NCBI GenBank assembly: GCA_030248215.1
Contig: JASANG010001546.1
Span: 620,001-684,000, forward strand
Length of the DNA: 64,000 nt
Origin: Enoplolaimus lenunculus
Taxonomy: Eukaryota
Reading direction: 5' to 3'
The notes under the pieces are model-generated. The model was not told where the DNA came from and did not search any database. It saw only the letters and a program-made list of their open reading frames with translations. Positions 25,590-40,044 of the stretch are shown here, in pieces (the stretch's first letter is position 1; every line of letters begins with the position of its first letter). The translations under genes were made by a program, and so were the position numbers.

Positions 25590-28500
25590 TACATAGCTAA
25601 TACGTAAAATATAAACCCTTTGCTTTCAGCCATTGTAAGTCAAAATACTGAACCAAATTCAATTAATGGCGTAATAAAACGTGATTTATTAACGGCGCAA
25701 CGGTTGTTAAACGTTTTTCGAGTTTTCTGCTGCTTAAATATCACTTTGGCACATTAAATCCCCCAGTGAGCTTAACGAACACTTTAGGTTTGTAAAGTCT
25801 GAAAGCCCCCACACCAGGGCAGCTTTGTTGTTCCTGGCACAGACGGTGGGCTTTTTTGCAGTTTGCCAGACAAGTGGAACCAAACCTGGTTAAAATACCG
25901 GAAACAAAATAGCGAAAAATGTTTAAGAATTGCGGTGTGAGATTTAGGATTGATTGAAAGAGCTATAGTACATATTCCTTTACAATCGTATATGCCTAAA
26001 CATATTCCTAAATTCATTTCAAATCGAAAATTTTCAAAAATTGTGGGGAAAAGTTGTAGTAAAAGTCGAAAAATATAAAATTTAGCAATATTAAAAGGTC
26101 AAAAAGTCAATCATTATTTTATTCGTTTCATTTTAAAAACCGAACGAAATTTCAAACTTTCGTTTGTTAATATTTTTCGCAACAATCGCGCCCACCTGGG
26201 AACAGCAGGTATTTTGGCTTTGTTCACAGTTTGAGCTGCGATTGTAGGATTTGTTATTTACCGATTACTGTACTTTTAACTCATCCCTGTAATCTCCAGG
26301 GGGGCAACGATTAACTTTTATTATTTTTCAAAAAAATGTAAAGAAATACAAAAGTGAAATTTTTGCAACACTTCGCTTCGTTTTTAATGCATCTTTTTGT
26401 AAAATAAAGAGAAAATACAAAAGCGATTGGGTTTTTGCTTTTTTGTTTTGAAATAAAATTTAAAATAAACTATCAGGCAAAATAATGTTCAAAAATATGG
26501 CAATCAATTAGCAACAATACAGCGTATTTTTAGTCAGACACTCGGTAGACGAAAGTTTGAGCCTGTAGAAAACGGTGTTTTTTGACATGATTTTAACTCA
26601 ATTTTCACAGATGAACCCCTGTCGGAAAAAAGCAAATAATTCCGTAAAAACGACCAAATATTATTTGACATTAATCGAATTGAAAATGTCTTAAATACCA
26701 TTCAGTTGAATCTCGTGGTTGAAATTGAAACTATTAATTGAACGATGAGTCGCACTCCTCATCTGAAATCTGTTCCCGGTCTCGGTACAATGAACGCGAC
26801 ACGAATTCTACGAATCCTCAGCTTCAACGTTTATCGTTAAAATTAATGTAATAAAAAAGAAAAAATTATCACAAATTAAAATTCTGGCTTTTGAAATAAA
26901 GTGGAAATTGTGGTTTAGTTTTTCAATCCGTCGATTTTATCATTTATGAAATATAAACTTGTGTCCGTAAATAAACATATTTTTACTTTATACAATCAAG
27001 CAAAACAACGTTAACCTAAAGGTTTGATTCGAGCGTTTGTAGCAGTTAATTAAAAAACGGGACGCACAAACGCTGGGGTGCAATATATAATAAACAATTC
27101 AAATGCAACTTTAGTAATTATGCCCTGGGGCCAGGATTTTACTAGGGGCCGGGCCAGCCGGGGCCTGAAATATACACTAAACTTCAAATTTTATGTACTT
27201 TTTGTGTAAGCATGTAGCTGGGAGCACGGTACCGTTGCTATCGTATCGCATCACGCGACATTATGCTGATACTCCCATGTTGTGAAGTTAACTATTAATG
27301 CGTTTATTTAATACTAAATTTTTGAAGAGTTAGTGAAACCGTTTTAGCAATCTTTTTCATTCATCATTCGAGCATATAGGTTAGTCATCTTCTGGTTTCG
27401 TCCATAATACGATATGGCCCCTGATGTGACACTTTCTAACCCCGACCTCGGTGCCGGGACCGGCACCTGAGCCCCGGGACATCTCTAATAATTAATCACA
27501 GGCACGTAACCAGCTCAACATGCTATATGAAGAGTTGAAATATTTGCAGGAAGAGCATACAAGAATTTCAAATGACTTACAAACGAATTAAAGCTGGGAA
27601 GGTTCCGAAATTGAAACGCAAAGACTTAATTTACCTACCACAAACTCACCAGTACCGACATTAAGTTTACAGATACTAAAAACGTTAACCTGTAAAAAAT
27701 TGCAAGCATATTAAACATATTGCAATATGCTTAAATGCCTACTTCCGGCTGTAATGGCTATTTTTTGTAGCCTCCGCCAAGTGATTTGTAGCTTAGGCCT
27801 GATTGACGTAATACAAGACTGACTTCAAGAAAATAGCTTTAGCATTTACAGGTATTAAACAAAATTTGGCTGGAAAGTTTAATCTTTGACGCAAAAGTTT
27901 TGTAACTTTTGAATTTGAAACTCAAAACAATAGAAAGTGTACAAGAGCCGTTTGTTTTTTAAAGATCGAATGAAGTTGAAATTTGTGATTTTAATTTTAG
28001 TTTCTTAATAAATTTGTTTTCAAGCCTGAAAAATTTCGCAAAATAAAGGTTTTAAAAAATGTTTCAATTTTAAAAAACAAATTTACGGAAAGAATACCAA
28101 AATTTTGACAGCAGTAATTACTGCAAGCTCGGGCAAACATTCAACCGGAGCCACAAATTACTTTTAACCCGAAGCCAGAACACTGGTAATTAGAGACTCT
28201 TGCGGTAAAATCGCAAGCTATGCGTCAATCTTTCACTAAAACAAGTTTCCTATACTTTCAGCAAATAATAATTGTTCATTTGAATACATTGAAAACTTTT
28301 AAATTGAGCTGAAACCAATCACGTATAAGTGGTCAATAATCTATTTTCACTTTTTATAATTGCCACTTCAAACACATACCCGGCGTTATATCGTCTTAAG
28401 AAAGCACTTTTAATGAGAGAAAAGTACTTGTAAAAATACGCAAAAAATTACATAGCTAATAGTTTAACTCGGAAAATGAAACTAAATCGATAAGTGTTTC

Positions 28501-29779
28501 ATTGAATACTTTGGTAAAAGAAAATCTTTGGGCTAAACAGTTGCCACTCGTCTTATATAATGAAAGCGGACCCATAGCCAGAAGAGGCTCCAGAAGCCCA
28601 GACCCTAAACTGCTCTCTATAGGCCAAAATGGTCGTATGTGTAAGCCTTATGAAGGCACTTGCTTAATTTTTTACCCAGGTAAAGATTCCTTTTACAGAT
28701 AACGAACCTGAGCCTAAAGCCTAAATCTGCCCATGAGAATAAGACTAAGTATGCGATAATGTAATAATATACACCCTGTCGGGGAAAGAGCTTCTGCCTT
28801 CTGTTAAGTAATATTAGTGTGGGGGGAAGTAAGCAAGTACCAAATTTATAGCCCTGAATGCCCCTGCTGCAATTTTTGACCCCATCATAGGATGTTGATC
28901 AAGCACTTGTAAAAACAAATACGAGAAACTTACATAGCTAATATTTCAAAAATAAAAATTCAATTATAAGCGTTTGATGGTGCATGCATAGTAATTTTTG
29001 GTACAGGTGTGTAGCCAGGACTTCGTTTCGACAACAGATAACTTTGAGTGATGTTTTTTCGACCGAGTGCAAAGAGCCAGAAAATTGATTGGGCTGTACA
29101 GCTTTTTGTACAGCCTGAAAAATAGTTGTCTTTTTTCGAGTCTTGGGAAATTAAATTTCTGGGGAGATAAATCTCCACCCCTTTGTGAAAACTATTGGCG
29201 TAAATATTTTATACCAGATTTTTAAGGGGTACAGATTTGGCTTACCAGTCTGGTCAAATCGATTATCTTGTGCGGCACACTAACCTAATAGATTTTCTCA
29301 CAACCGGGGACATATTCTCTATACCAAATTTGACAAAAATCGGACTCTTCAAGGAATCAGGGGCACAAAACAGCGGTAGGAGTGTTGCTTAAGTCAGCAA
29401 AAATATAAAATAATGAATATTAATGTGAAAAACTCACACGGTCGAAAAAACGTTTATTTTAATCATAAAATAATAAATGCGTATTTTTTCATTACAAGGT
29501 TGAAAGTTTAATCAACTGACTTAAGATAAGTAAATTTTCCCACGAAGCCATTCAGCTAAAATTACATAAGATTAATTTAAGACTTTTTTAAAAAATTAAC
29601 ATTTTATATAACTTTTGACGACTGTGAACCAACGCCGTTAGTGCGTATCCTCAAATGTTGTCAAATTGTTCTGTAATTCTGTGATTCTGTGACCACTGAA
29701 CGGCGATGTTAACCAGCTTGCACAATTTTTCACACTTGAATTAAGGGTCAATATTATCAAATGTATATAGCAGCAGCTA

Positions 29780-30029
29780 CATTGTAAATTCCAGTGAGTT
29801 GATTAATCAACTCACAGAGAGAATTAGTTATTTCTGGTTATTTCTGAGTTTTAAAGTAAATACTAATGCTCCCTGAGCTGATTTAATTCAAGGTTTGTTG
29901 ATTAATTAACTCAGAATGCGTTCAATCAATTCAGAATTCTGACCTGTGAAATACCTAAATTCAGAGCACACACTTCTGAGTGGATTCAACTCATTCTGAG
30001 TTAAAATCAAATCAATGGAATTTACAGTG
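29780..30029. mobile_element. CAC-ended MITE family C copy 2
   Basis: TA|CATTGTAAATTCCA...TGGAATTTACAGTG|TA. Confidence 0.85.
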
Positions 30030-30574
30030 TATCATCTAGTTAACGAAAACTTTTCAAATTGACATACTCCCACTGACCCGAATCTCAAAATTTGCGCAAA
30101 AGAAAGCCAAATTGATTGAAAATAGCGACTTTGTGGCATTTACTTAACAATCTCGGTAGTAAAATATTTCAAAAATGTTGAAAATTTTGCCGTTCCTTAT
30201 TTCCGTTTTTTACCGATTCAATTTTGAATTTGTTACCTGCTGAAGAATACTGCTCCAATCAGGAACGGAATCAAATCGAGTTTATCGGATGTCAGACAGA
30301 TCCGGAATTCCGGTGTGGAACTCATGAATTCGAAGAACTTTCATCAGCGAAAAATATCTTTAAAGAAAAGCGTCGTAAATTAGTGTCTGAATGAATTGGC
30401 AAATTGGCCAATAGAACCAGACAAAAAGTCACGCATCAAAATCATTAGATGCATAAAACAAGCCAGGATGTTACTACATTTGTGTTTATGACAAATTATT
30501 CATAGTATTCGCTAATTGGCCAGTTAGCGTTTATGCATTTACTGTAGCGACCCGAATAAAAGGGCGAAGATTAA

Positions 30575-30735
30575 AGTTCTTTTCTCATAAGAGTATACTA
30601 TGAGCAACTAAATACAAGTAATATACGAGCAATACAGACACTGTGAGCAGCGTTTGCCAATTCTATCCTATATGAGCAGTCCAAAATCTCCACAAGACGT
30701 GTAAGCCCCCTCGGGCTCGAGCGTCAAACTCCTCT
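30575..30735 (+). mobile_element. Truncated copy of the piggyBac-like MITE
   Basis: Colinear with 16370-16520 (gagtatactat...acaagacgtg...gggctcgagcgtcaaactcct). Confidence 0.75.
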
Positions 30736-33700
30736 ATATAATTTTCAGAAAATGTAACGCTGATTGGTTATCTAAATTGTGTCTACCCAAACAAGTAAAT
30801 ATCATTGGTCTATAAGATAGTAGATTGATCTAAGCTAATTAATTATTGGCCTGCAGATTGTAAAAAATTACAGAGAAATTGTCAATTTTTGGTACTATCA
30901 AAAGTAAGAGGACTTAAAAAAGTTTTCGAACACAAACTCATGAACATGGTTAAATGTATATTATAAAACATTAGTAGAAACTACATAACTTGAAACCCAA
31001 TTAAATAAAGCACAGAACATTTGCGTTTTCAACGTTCACTGATCAGCTTACTTAATAGCGTATATTTTGCATCTCAACTCATAAAAGTTTGGCGCAGCTA
31101 AAATCTCAAATATTTACCCGCATAATACAAATATTTACATGTGAGTATAAACGGCGGCTGAAATTTTTTACCCGACCCGCGTTTATTTGCGGGTACCCGC
31201 GGGTAACGTCCCACTCTGATGTATACCCCTGATCCTCCAAAATGAAATCCTGGTTACGTTTCTGGTTTCGTTTAGGGTATACCGATCCCTTACGTTGTGC
31301 TGAACTCAATTTACTGTTTGCCCGTAAAATAGAATGAGTTTTCAGAAACCAAATTGAGTTTAATAAATATGTAAAATTCGTAATTAAATGAAACCTTTTA
31401 ATTGAGAAAAAATTGTCTCAAAACAAAGTCAAAAATTATTTAAAAATGTTCCAAAACGAACGCCTGATTTACACTTAGATTCAAATATTCAATCGCTTTT
31501 TGAAGGTGTGATTTTTTCTCACGTTGTCCACAACTCAGTACAGTCCCGGCACCTTCTGGACCCGCCGTCCTGGGACTCGTCGACAAGACGCCTCTAACAC
31601 CTTCAATACACATTTTCCTTTCTCCCACTCTCATTGTAAATAAGTTTTATGATTCACAATGAGTCAACACAAAGTTTTGCCCCCGTCGAAATATTTTTCT
31701 CATTCTTTAAACTTTAAAAACATTTACTGTCACATCATTTTTTCGTTGTGAAAAATATCGTAAAAATACAAAGATAACTCGATTTGAAGGCTGACATTCT
31801 CACCTTTGCGTTCGCTTTTAAACAATTCAATAAAAACATGAGAGTGGCAGTTTTGAAACTCTTTTGTATTCAAACATCAGTTGAAAACTGAGCATCGCAC
31901 CCATCCCACCGTTGTCAGACGGCAAACAGAGTTGAGTCAGTTCAAGTTTATTTTAGTCAATAAAAGTTCAATTGAATACTTCTTATTCCCTGAGCAAAGG
32001 GGACACTAGTGTAGGCTTATAGGCGGCTAACATCCTACGGGGGAAAATGGGTCCGTAGCCAGTGGGGACTCGGCAACTCTGAGAAGAATTTTGTCGTTCC
32101 AACCTATAGAAAATTTTCAACCTTGCTTATAAGTCATCACAAACCCTTGTATGTCCCTCCTGAAAAATGATTAGCCCGTTCTCGCAAAGAACTGTTTATA
32201 CGGATCATGAAGTAAAGAAAATTTTAGGAAGCGAACGTGTAGAGTTAATGTAGCCATCAAGTCGAGCTATAATCTTTAACCTGGGGGAAAGCAAACTTTT
32301 TGCAGGGGAGGCTGACAGTCTCCCCCTTTTAACGTTTTTAGCAACGGGTCTGGAGTAGTTTGAAAACTAAGATGGTTCACTCAAAAGATTAGTGCAGCAG
32401 CCAGGAGCGGGTGGTTTCTCCCGTTTTAAGTAAGAAAAATTTGGATAACGAAGAATAGAATATTTTATGAAAAAATAGCAATGTTCCAACTTTAAAAATT
32501 AATAAAATTGCATTTAGGTTCTTGCTCGTAAAGTTTCTTTTACGCTATTATTTAATGGGCCCAAACGTATGTGGGGGGCTCCTAGTTTTTGGATCGAGAG
32601 GTGCACTCCCTTTTCTGAATTATCCAGCAAGTAACTGAAATGACAAAATGAACGCTAGGGAGTTTACCTTGGGATTCTGCCATTTAATAGCAAAATATTC
32701 ACAGCTTAAAAGCCGAGTTGTTCTCACGAATCTCAAAACAAACATGACTGTTTATTAGCAGATAAGCTCAGGTGGAACTCGTATACAAACGCATGATATT
32801 ATGGGAACATCTTTGAAAAGTTTAAATAAAATGATTGTTGAAATTAAGTTCTGATCAAATTCCACATTTAAATTCAAAATTTATACATTCAATTTAGAGT
32901 TGCCCCAGGGCCAGGGTTTTTTACCGGGGCCGGTAGCAGCCGGGGCCAAGCTGCAACACGTAAACATTCCTGTTAACAGGAACTACAATATACGTAAAGG
33001 CTAACAGTGGGAAAATATACAATCTATTGTGTAGTGCGTACCAGCAAACCGTGGGAAAACAAAAAATACCGTGTACAGTAGTTTCTGGTGATTTTCATAT
33101 TTTTTGAATTAAAATCGGGCGTTATAGGATTGTTTTTTATGCGAGGCAATTAAGAATTGTACCTAAAAACTGACTCCGATAAGGCCACGCCAAATCACCG
33201 TACTGGTCCCAGGTCTCAGTACCTGGGCCGTTGGCGTGGCATCACAAAAGGATCCACCAGTGATTTTGGCATCCTGCACGCGTTCCCTTTTACTGTGCGG
33301 CAAAATTGGCATTGAAATTAAATTTGAATTCCAAGCTTGCAAAGCAATAATAAATTATGACTGATTTTAAGCATTCTGTTCGCTAAAATTACATCGACTC
33401 GGCACAAATATTTAACAAACAGATGGGAGGTGACCTTGAGTTTACACTCCACCCACGAATCTAAATATGTAGTCTATTCAAATCAAGGGCGTATTTATAC
33501 ATCATGGGAATGAAGGTAATAGATACCTAAGCTTTTGAAGAGGCCACAAAAGTTCTAAAATAAACTAACTTAATTTCTAATATCGGAAACTTTTCTCACT
33601 CGTAAAAAAAGGTTTAAAACAAGCTTATGCAATCTTGAAATAAAATGCCGGCCTACGAATTCGCAATCTGATCGAATGAGGATTGTATGTACTTGCTAGG

Positions 33701-34920
33701 AGTACGCACAATTGCCATTCACCGCCAAGCCCATAGCCAGCCAGCTAACCGTGGTAGGGAACCTGAAAATATTTCAAGAGACACACAAGGGGTTTCGAAG
33801 ACTATGGATACATGCAAGATTGAAAAGTTTCCAAGTAGGAGCCGAAAATTTTCCCGGGGGGCTGATCGCCCGTGGCTCCCCTTTGGCTGCGGATGTGTCT
33901 TCCGCTATCACTGTTATACGACAGACGGGTGGAAAGTACAGAAAAATCAACACAATCTGGCACAATTGTGTTGTTTACAAGCGATTTTGAAAATTGAAAA
34001 CATCTACATTAATTGTGGGGGGTTTAGTTTACGTAACGGTTGTTTACAGCAACAAAAACAAATCTTGGGGGGTCAGGTATGGTTTTGGGCAAACGATGGA
34101 TGTGAGCCAGGATATATTATAGATCCTGGGAAGGCAGACGACCGCGTAGTCTCTCACACGGCCAATTCGTCCCGTAGTCATTGTGCATCTATAGTTGTAG
34201 GGAAAAAGTTAATTGACCGCGGTATATTCGGTCTTTTATCACTGCTGAATTCTAACTATCGCCAAGTTACCATTTAACAGCGAGTTATCTTGGATCGATC
34301 ATAGCATGCAATCGCTATTATCCTTCGAATTGGCCCTCATTTACTAAAACGATTAGCTAAGTATTATTAACCGTAGTAGAATTTATCCTTGAAATATCTT
34401 CATAAAGACACATTTTACAGTTTTAACGTGAAAATTGAAAATTCACAATTTACAAGACTGCAAACGATCTGAAAATAGCAATTTTAAATGCGCTGATAAG
34501 TGAGGTTTTACAAATTTAGTCTCGCCGGGTCATTTTAAGTATACACACATTTGCTACGAGGCGAGGGGGGCTGAAGTACAAGTAAAGTAGAAGAACAGAG
34601 TAGAAGAAACAGTATTTTGTGCGGGGGGGCAGTTGTGACAGAAACGTAGACTACAAGATGCAGCAACCAAAAGATATATTAAATCGATAATATTGTATGC
34701 CATATTAATTGTCGTTTTTATTAATGACAACTATTTTTCGAGTAAATTTTGCTAAACGGGACAGCATTCAATCATAGGGAGCGGGTTTTAGTTTCTAGTC
34801 GAGATAAATCGTTTAGATTAGATTTTGAATCGCTACACAAAACTATGGCAGTTGAAATGCTAATTCAAGTTTCGCCGTAGGTTGAAATGTACTGAATAGC
34901 ACAAAAGTTATCTGTTCACG

Positions 34921-35050
34921 GTCGTTTGTATACAGTAGGACCGTAACAGTATTATAAGCATATTTCTGAACCTAAAGCAAAAACCTGTGTGGAACTTATG
35001 CTATTGCAGTCCCACAGACAAACGTTCCGCCTCTGATCTTTACACGGGCC
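34921..35050 (-). mobile_element. Family A MITE, internally deleted
   Basis: Ends ...gcagtcccacagacaaacgttccgcctctgatctttacacgggcc; most of the repeat tract is lost. Confidence 0.75.
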
Positions 35051-36891
35051 AATTCACGAATCGAACATATATGAATTATGTTAATATACAAGGGGGGTTT
35101 CCTTGGGTTTTAACGTATTTACCATGAGCCCTTGTATTTTTGTTAAAAATTAAGCAATATTAACGCCACTTTGTACAATGATTTAGCTAACATAGTGTAC
35201 CACCATGATTAGACTAAAGTGACATTTTAAAAAATTTGACAAAGTAATATAGGTTCTAGAACACTTTAATCTTTTATTCTAGATTAAGGCTTAGGCTTAT
35301 ACGCAGACCCGTAGCCAGCTCACCTTGCTGGGGGGCCAAAAATTGTTGAAGAGGGGCGTTCAAGGGTTTTCAATGACTTACGAGCAAGGTTGAAAATCTT
35401 CTAGGGGGATGAGCCCACCCTGGCACCTTCTTGGCTACGGGCATAAATTAATGCTTAGGTTTATACAAGGAAGCATCGACAAACGTTGTCTATTCCTAAG
35501 TTTGGACCGAGGCGTAAACCCAAATGTGGGGAAAAGTATACAAGAGCCGGCAGTGTTACGTTTTCGTTTCGCTTAGGAATTATTAGGCTTAGTTACAGGA
35601 TTCCACGAGCAAACAACAACGCCGGTACTACCATCAGCCCCAAAAATGTCAACCGAAGACAAGAATGCTTTTCTGTCTCAATTTCAGTCCAAAATCTGAG
35701 TTTAGAGTGAATTTTGTTGGAGGAATGTGTGAAAACTATGAGTTTACAGCAACCGAGAGTTGCAAATGATGTTAAAATACTGAAGGAAAATTTACTAGCG
35801 AAACGAGCAAGAAGACAGCCGATATTTTTAATACATCTCATGGCCAACTTTGAATTGTTGGGGGGTCCCTAAATTTCGGGGCATCCCCAGTTGATGTGTT
35901 TGAGGGGGGGGAATGCGAAGACTGACCCGGGTAAAAAGTTTAAGCTTAGCAAAGAGCTACAGGCAAGCTTGTTTTCAGAAAACTTTCAACTCGTGATAAA
36001 CATTAATAATGAAAACTGTTTGCTTATGTGAATTCATAGATCGAATACAAAGAACAAATTTCAACAAAAGCTGTGCTAAGCTTAAAATTCAGCACTCGTT
36101 CCAGCGTTGACCCAAATATTAACACAGTACAAAAGGATACAGTTAGCTATGAAACTTCCACAGTTTTCCGTTTATACGAAAGCGATATGGAGGCCATCCG
36201 ACCGAAATTATCTGGGGGGAGCTCTTTGAAGTACCCCCGCTCATCAAATCGCTCTCGGAGATAAACCCATGGTCAAGTTCGAAAGATGACAACACTCGAT
36301 ATTGGGACAGCGAAATGCCAGTATACAACCAAATTTCCAAAAATAATAACCTCTAAATGTTTTATGAACGAGCGTAGCGAGAGATAAAATTTTTTCATTT
36401 ACCAGATTATTTTACAGCATCTAAAAGTGATTTTTTTCCTAGTTTTTCCACAATTTCGGATGCGGGCGAGATAATCCATTTCCTTAGGGACGTCCTGATA
36501 GTTCTTTGTACTCGGAGAGTTTCCACAATTTTCTGCGTTACACTCATGCCTTTAAATTTTGAAAACAATAACAGTACGGCTTTAAGCAATATTTACCGTT
36601 AACCATCCATCGGTAACTGTTACATCCATATGCTTAAATTCATAATCATTCCTCGATTTGCAATGATATTTTAGAATTTTTTCTCTTTTTTTGTTTTATT
36701 TCAAATTGATTTTTTCAATTCTTTTGTCATTAATTATTAAATTGAAAATTAAAAATGAAAACCCGCCATAGCGTCTGGGGAATTCTGAGTTGACCTTAAC
36801 CGTACGTTTCAAAAAACTTTATATGAAACGGTTTTTCTTAAAAATTTTCGATTATAAATGAAATAGCAATAGAATTCGTGTGTGGGTTTGT

Positions 36892-37045
36892 GGTTCATGT
36901 AAAGATCAGGGGCGGAACGGTTTTCTGTGGGACTGCAATAGAGTAAGCTTAACCTTTAGACTAGTTTTTTGTTTGGCTTAGGCCTTCGGCTTAGGCTTAG
37001 GAATATGCTTACAATACTCTTCCGCCGTTGTTCTTTACACTGGCC
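36892..37045 (+). mobile_element. TTAGGC-bearing MITE (family A)
   Basis: catgtaaagatcaggggcggaac...ttccgccgttgttctttacactggcc; one TTAGGC tract. Confidence 0.88.
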
Positions 37046-37394
37046 TTGTTTCTTAACAAATATAACTGCAAGAAAGTAGCCATAACCAAACACGTAGACA
37101 ACTCGTTCCTTTGCTGGGGGTAATTTTTTCTGGAGGAGCATGCAAGGGTTATCGTTGATTCACAAGCAAGGTTGAAAATTTTCTAACAAAGGGTGCGAAA
37201 CTTTTCCGGGGTGGTTAGCCATCTCTGGCACACTCCCTTGGCAACGGGCCCATCATAAATCAATATTCTCCCTTACGATTTATAGAAGGGTTTTTAAAAT
37301 TTTTTCAGTTACTATACAAGAACCGCTGTCGAAATTTTAAATAACATAACGTAACCCCCAATTTAAAAATCCTGATTACGCCTCTAAATATATC

Positions 37395-37537
37395 CACCGC
37401 AAAAACACAAACGGAGTCAAATTCGACTCACCCGTGAGTCGAATTTGACTCCGGCGGAGTCGAATTTGACTCAGTTTGTATAGTGCGGAAAAGCCTATTT
37501 CGGAAAGAGTCAATCTGACTCACCATTTTTTGCAGTG
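37395..37537. mobile_element. CAC-ended MITE with GAGTC/GACTC palindromic repeats
   Basis: CACCGCAAAAA...TTTTTGCAGTG; four GAGTC-N5/6-GACTC units. Confidence 0.7.
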
Positions 37538-38089
37538 TATGCCTTCTGGTTAAGCGTTTAATATTGTCTAAGGTTGGATCCAGGAACTGTATTCTTCAAT
37601 AACTGCAGCACCTATCACCAGTTGATATATTTCTAGCTTTCAAACGGCCAAATGCACTATTTTAAAATTACTACCAGATTTTGGAACGATATTGATGCTC
37701 TGTGTCCCGAATTCTAGCTACGAACCAGCTAAGTCCCGCAAGAAAGGGTTCAGCGTCCGTAGTGAACTATGTCAAATTTCAGCATATCTTCGTGAAAATT
37801 TTTGACCCAGCGTCGTGGGTTCGCAACGGGATGAGCAACAGTTTGTTTCAAATCATCTTTCGAAAACACGACAATTAGAATGATGCTGTACTGTTTAACT
37901 GTTTTATCCCGTTCTCATATTTTCTATTCCGTATGGATCTAAATTCAAGTCAGGATTCCAAACTCCTCATAAGAACAGGGTTAATGCGTGCGACAGTAAA
38001 CGTCAACGCACATGAATTGGCACATGACATCACATAACAATTAGCACCAACATAAGTTTAATCATTTTCGGGTATTAAAAGAATTTCGT

Positions 38090-38320
38090 CAACCGAGACA
38101 ACTCGTCTACCGACAACTTGTAAGCCTATAACTGGTCAACCTCGACAACTCATCGCCTGGCAATAACTGCGGCAACTCATCGACCTGACAATTGGACGCT
38201 GGCTTACGCTCAGGTGAATGAGATTAATCAGATGTACGTCGGCCGACAAGTTTGCGAACTCGAAGAAATTCCTTGTTACGAGTTGTTCCACGGGGAATTG
38301 TCAGGAGACGAATTGTCGTA
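38090..38320. mobile_element. MITE-like family with GACAACTCGTC / GACGAATTGTC motifs; relatives at about 20190-20367, 42200-42360, 55835-56005
   Basis: Repeated acaa(c/t)tc(g/a)tc on the left arm and its complement on the right arm. Confidence 0.55.
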
Positions 38321-38341
38321 GATATCCGCGAGGATGCTTAC

Positions 38342-38744
38342 CTTTCGCGTTCCGTTGCCCATTATAATCAGTCAACTGTTCACCATTAGTGGTTGGATCT
38401 GCTTCAAGTACACAGATTCGTTGTTCGAGTTCATCCAACACGCGTTGAGTTGAACTGATACTTTCGTTTAATGAGCAGCTCATTTTGACTCCAGTTGCTG
38501 CCGAGTTCACGACCACATCAGATTCTGGTATAGTTGAAAGCGAAAGATTAGTATTGATATCAACTGGGGGTCGGGGTCGTGGGGTCAATTTAATTGGCGA
38601 CGGTGCCACGGGGGAAAGACGTCGTGTTGGACTAACGAAAAAGTTACCGTTGATATCTGGCCGGCGATTGCTATGTTGAGCTGCAAACTCAAGCTGGTGC
38701 TTTGTTATATTTTGATTCTTATCCATTATTCGGTTGAATGTTGT
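38342..38744 (-). CDS. Coding exon 4: TTFNRIMDKNQ...SPTRRLSPVAPSPIKLTPRPRPP...RVLDELEQRICVLE...GQRNAK
   Basis: Acceptor atattttcag|ACA and donor AAAG|GTAAGC; 403 nt, phase 0 to 1; raised GC and an open frame. Confidence 0.9.
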
Positions 38745-38790
38745 CTGAAAATATACGAAAATCAAAACGGAATTTTAGAAATAAATAATA

Positions 38791-39038
38791 CACTGTAAAT
38801 TCCAATGCGTTAATCAACTCAAACGGAAAGTTTACTCTTCCTGAGTTAATAACAATATACTTTAACTCTCTTTGAGTAGAGTTGATTATCACTCTGAGTT
38901 GAGTTTATTCCGGGAGAGTTGACTAAATAAATCAGAATGAGTTGAATCAACTCAGAATTCTGAGTTCTGATAGTCCTAACTCAGACTGAGCGATTCAACT
39001 CATTCCGAGTTAAAATCAACTCACTGGAATTTACAGTG
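38791..39038. mobile_element. CAC-ended MITE family C copy 3 (a fragment also lies at about 50643-50730)
   Basis: TA|CACTGTAAATTCCA...TGGAATTTACAGTG|TA; about 45 bp from the exon 4 acceptor. Confidence 0.88.
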
Positions 39039-39743
39039 TATATAAATTCTTTACGCGAGTTTGAAAAGGAAAAATATGTGGCGAACTGAAAGCGAACGGT
39101 GCGAAAGATAGCAGAGTGTAGGCTTTGTCGTTAAACTACTGCTTCAAAGAAGCCAAATTTGATTTAACTTCTTCCTGAAATAACATTCTATAATTATTAA
39201 CTCGGGGTAGAATCCGACTGGTAATTTTTTAAATGTTTTTTTTTCGCCTCAAGTACTGAAATTTCTTTGTTTAAATATACAACTTTATTTATGAAAATTA
39301 CTGATAGATTAATGTTTCGTTAGGTCACTTATTGGGGGGTGCGTCAGAAATCTGAGTCCAAGTCATTTCGTAGTGTCATGCAACATAACCCTTGACCTAT
39401 AAACCATAAGGTTTGTCGATAGCTGAGCTAACAGTACCAGGGGCTCTCTCAAGGTCAATATGACGAGTCCCATTTGATACAGAAAATTGAACGTTTTCCC
39501 CATGGACCACTTCGAGATTATGCTTGCGAGCGTTTGCGAGCCGAAATACGCGATTTTGGTTTAAAAGATAAATTTGAAACTTTACAGTTAATGCATCGTA
39601 ATTTGAATAATTGTGATAGGCCTCCATTTGTTGGTATGGAAGCATTAAACACGTCATAGGCTGCTTTTAATTAACAAAAAACAAAAAACTAAAAACTAAT
39701 CCCAATGACAATAAAAACAAAACTATCAAAACTAATATACTGC

Positions 39744-40044
39744 CAGCGGCGAATCCGGTAATTTCTGACGGAGGGCGGGGTGGCAAACGTTATGAAACGC
39801 AAAAATTGTAAGGTGAGAACCTTATCATTTTATCACTAAAAAACTTTCTGACGGCAAAAATTGTAAAGTAAATACGTTATCATTTTATCAGAAAAATTTC
39901 TAAGGGAAAAATTAGTGTCCGTATATATTTCTTACAAAACCTTTTGTGATGGGAAAATTGCACGGTAGGGGGACCTTAGCATTTTATCACAAAAAATTCT
40001 CTGATGGGGGCGTCCGCCCCCTGCCCCCTCTGGATCCGCTAGTG
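39744..40044. mobile_element. hAT-like MITE family G (CAGYGGCGGATCC TIR). Related ends at about 20032, 40939, 50074, 53981-54097, 57460
   Basis: Near-perfect 8-bp TSD TATACTGC/TATACTAC; internal imperfect repeats of cattttatca. Confidence 0.78.

Noticed and set aside
31440..31634. Alternative first exon (MRVGERKMC...)
   Set aside because: GC-rich and ATG-initiated, but only weak donors are present. It cannot be supported without transcripts.
33687..34277. 196-aa ORF, the longest on the plus strand
   Set aside because: The first third is a family E MITE, the rest resembles no known protein, and there is no splice support.
39397..39657. Additional exon of the main gene
   Set aside because: There is no convincing acceptor AG before the protein-like part and the frame ends in a stop. 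Exons 3 and 4 already join in phase.
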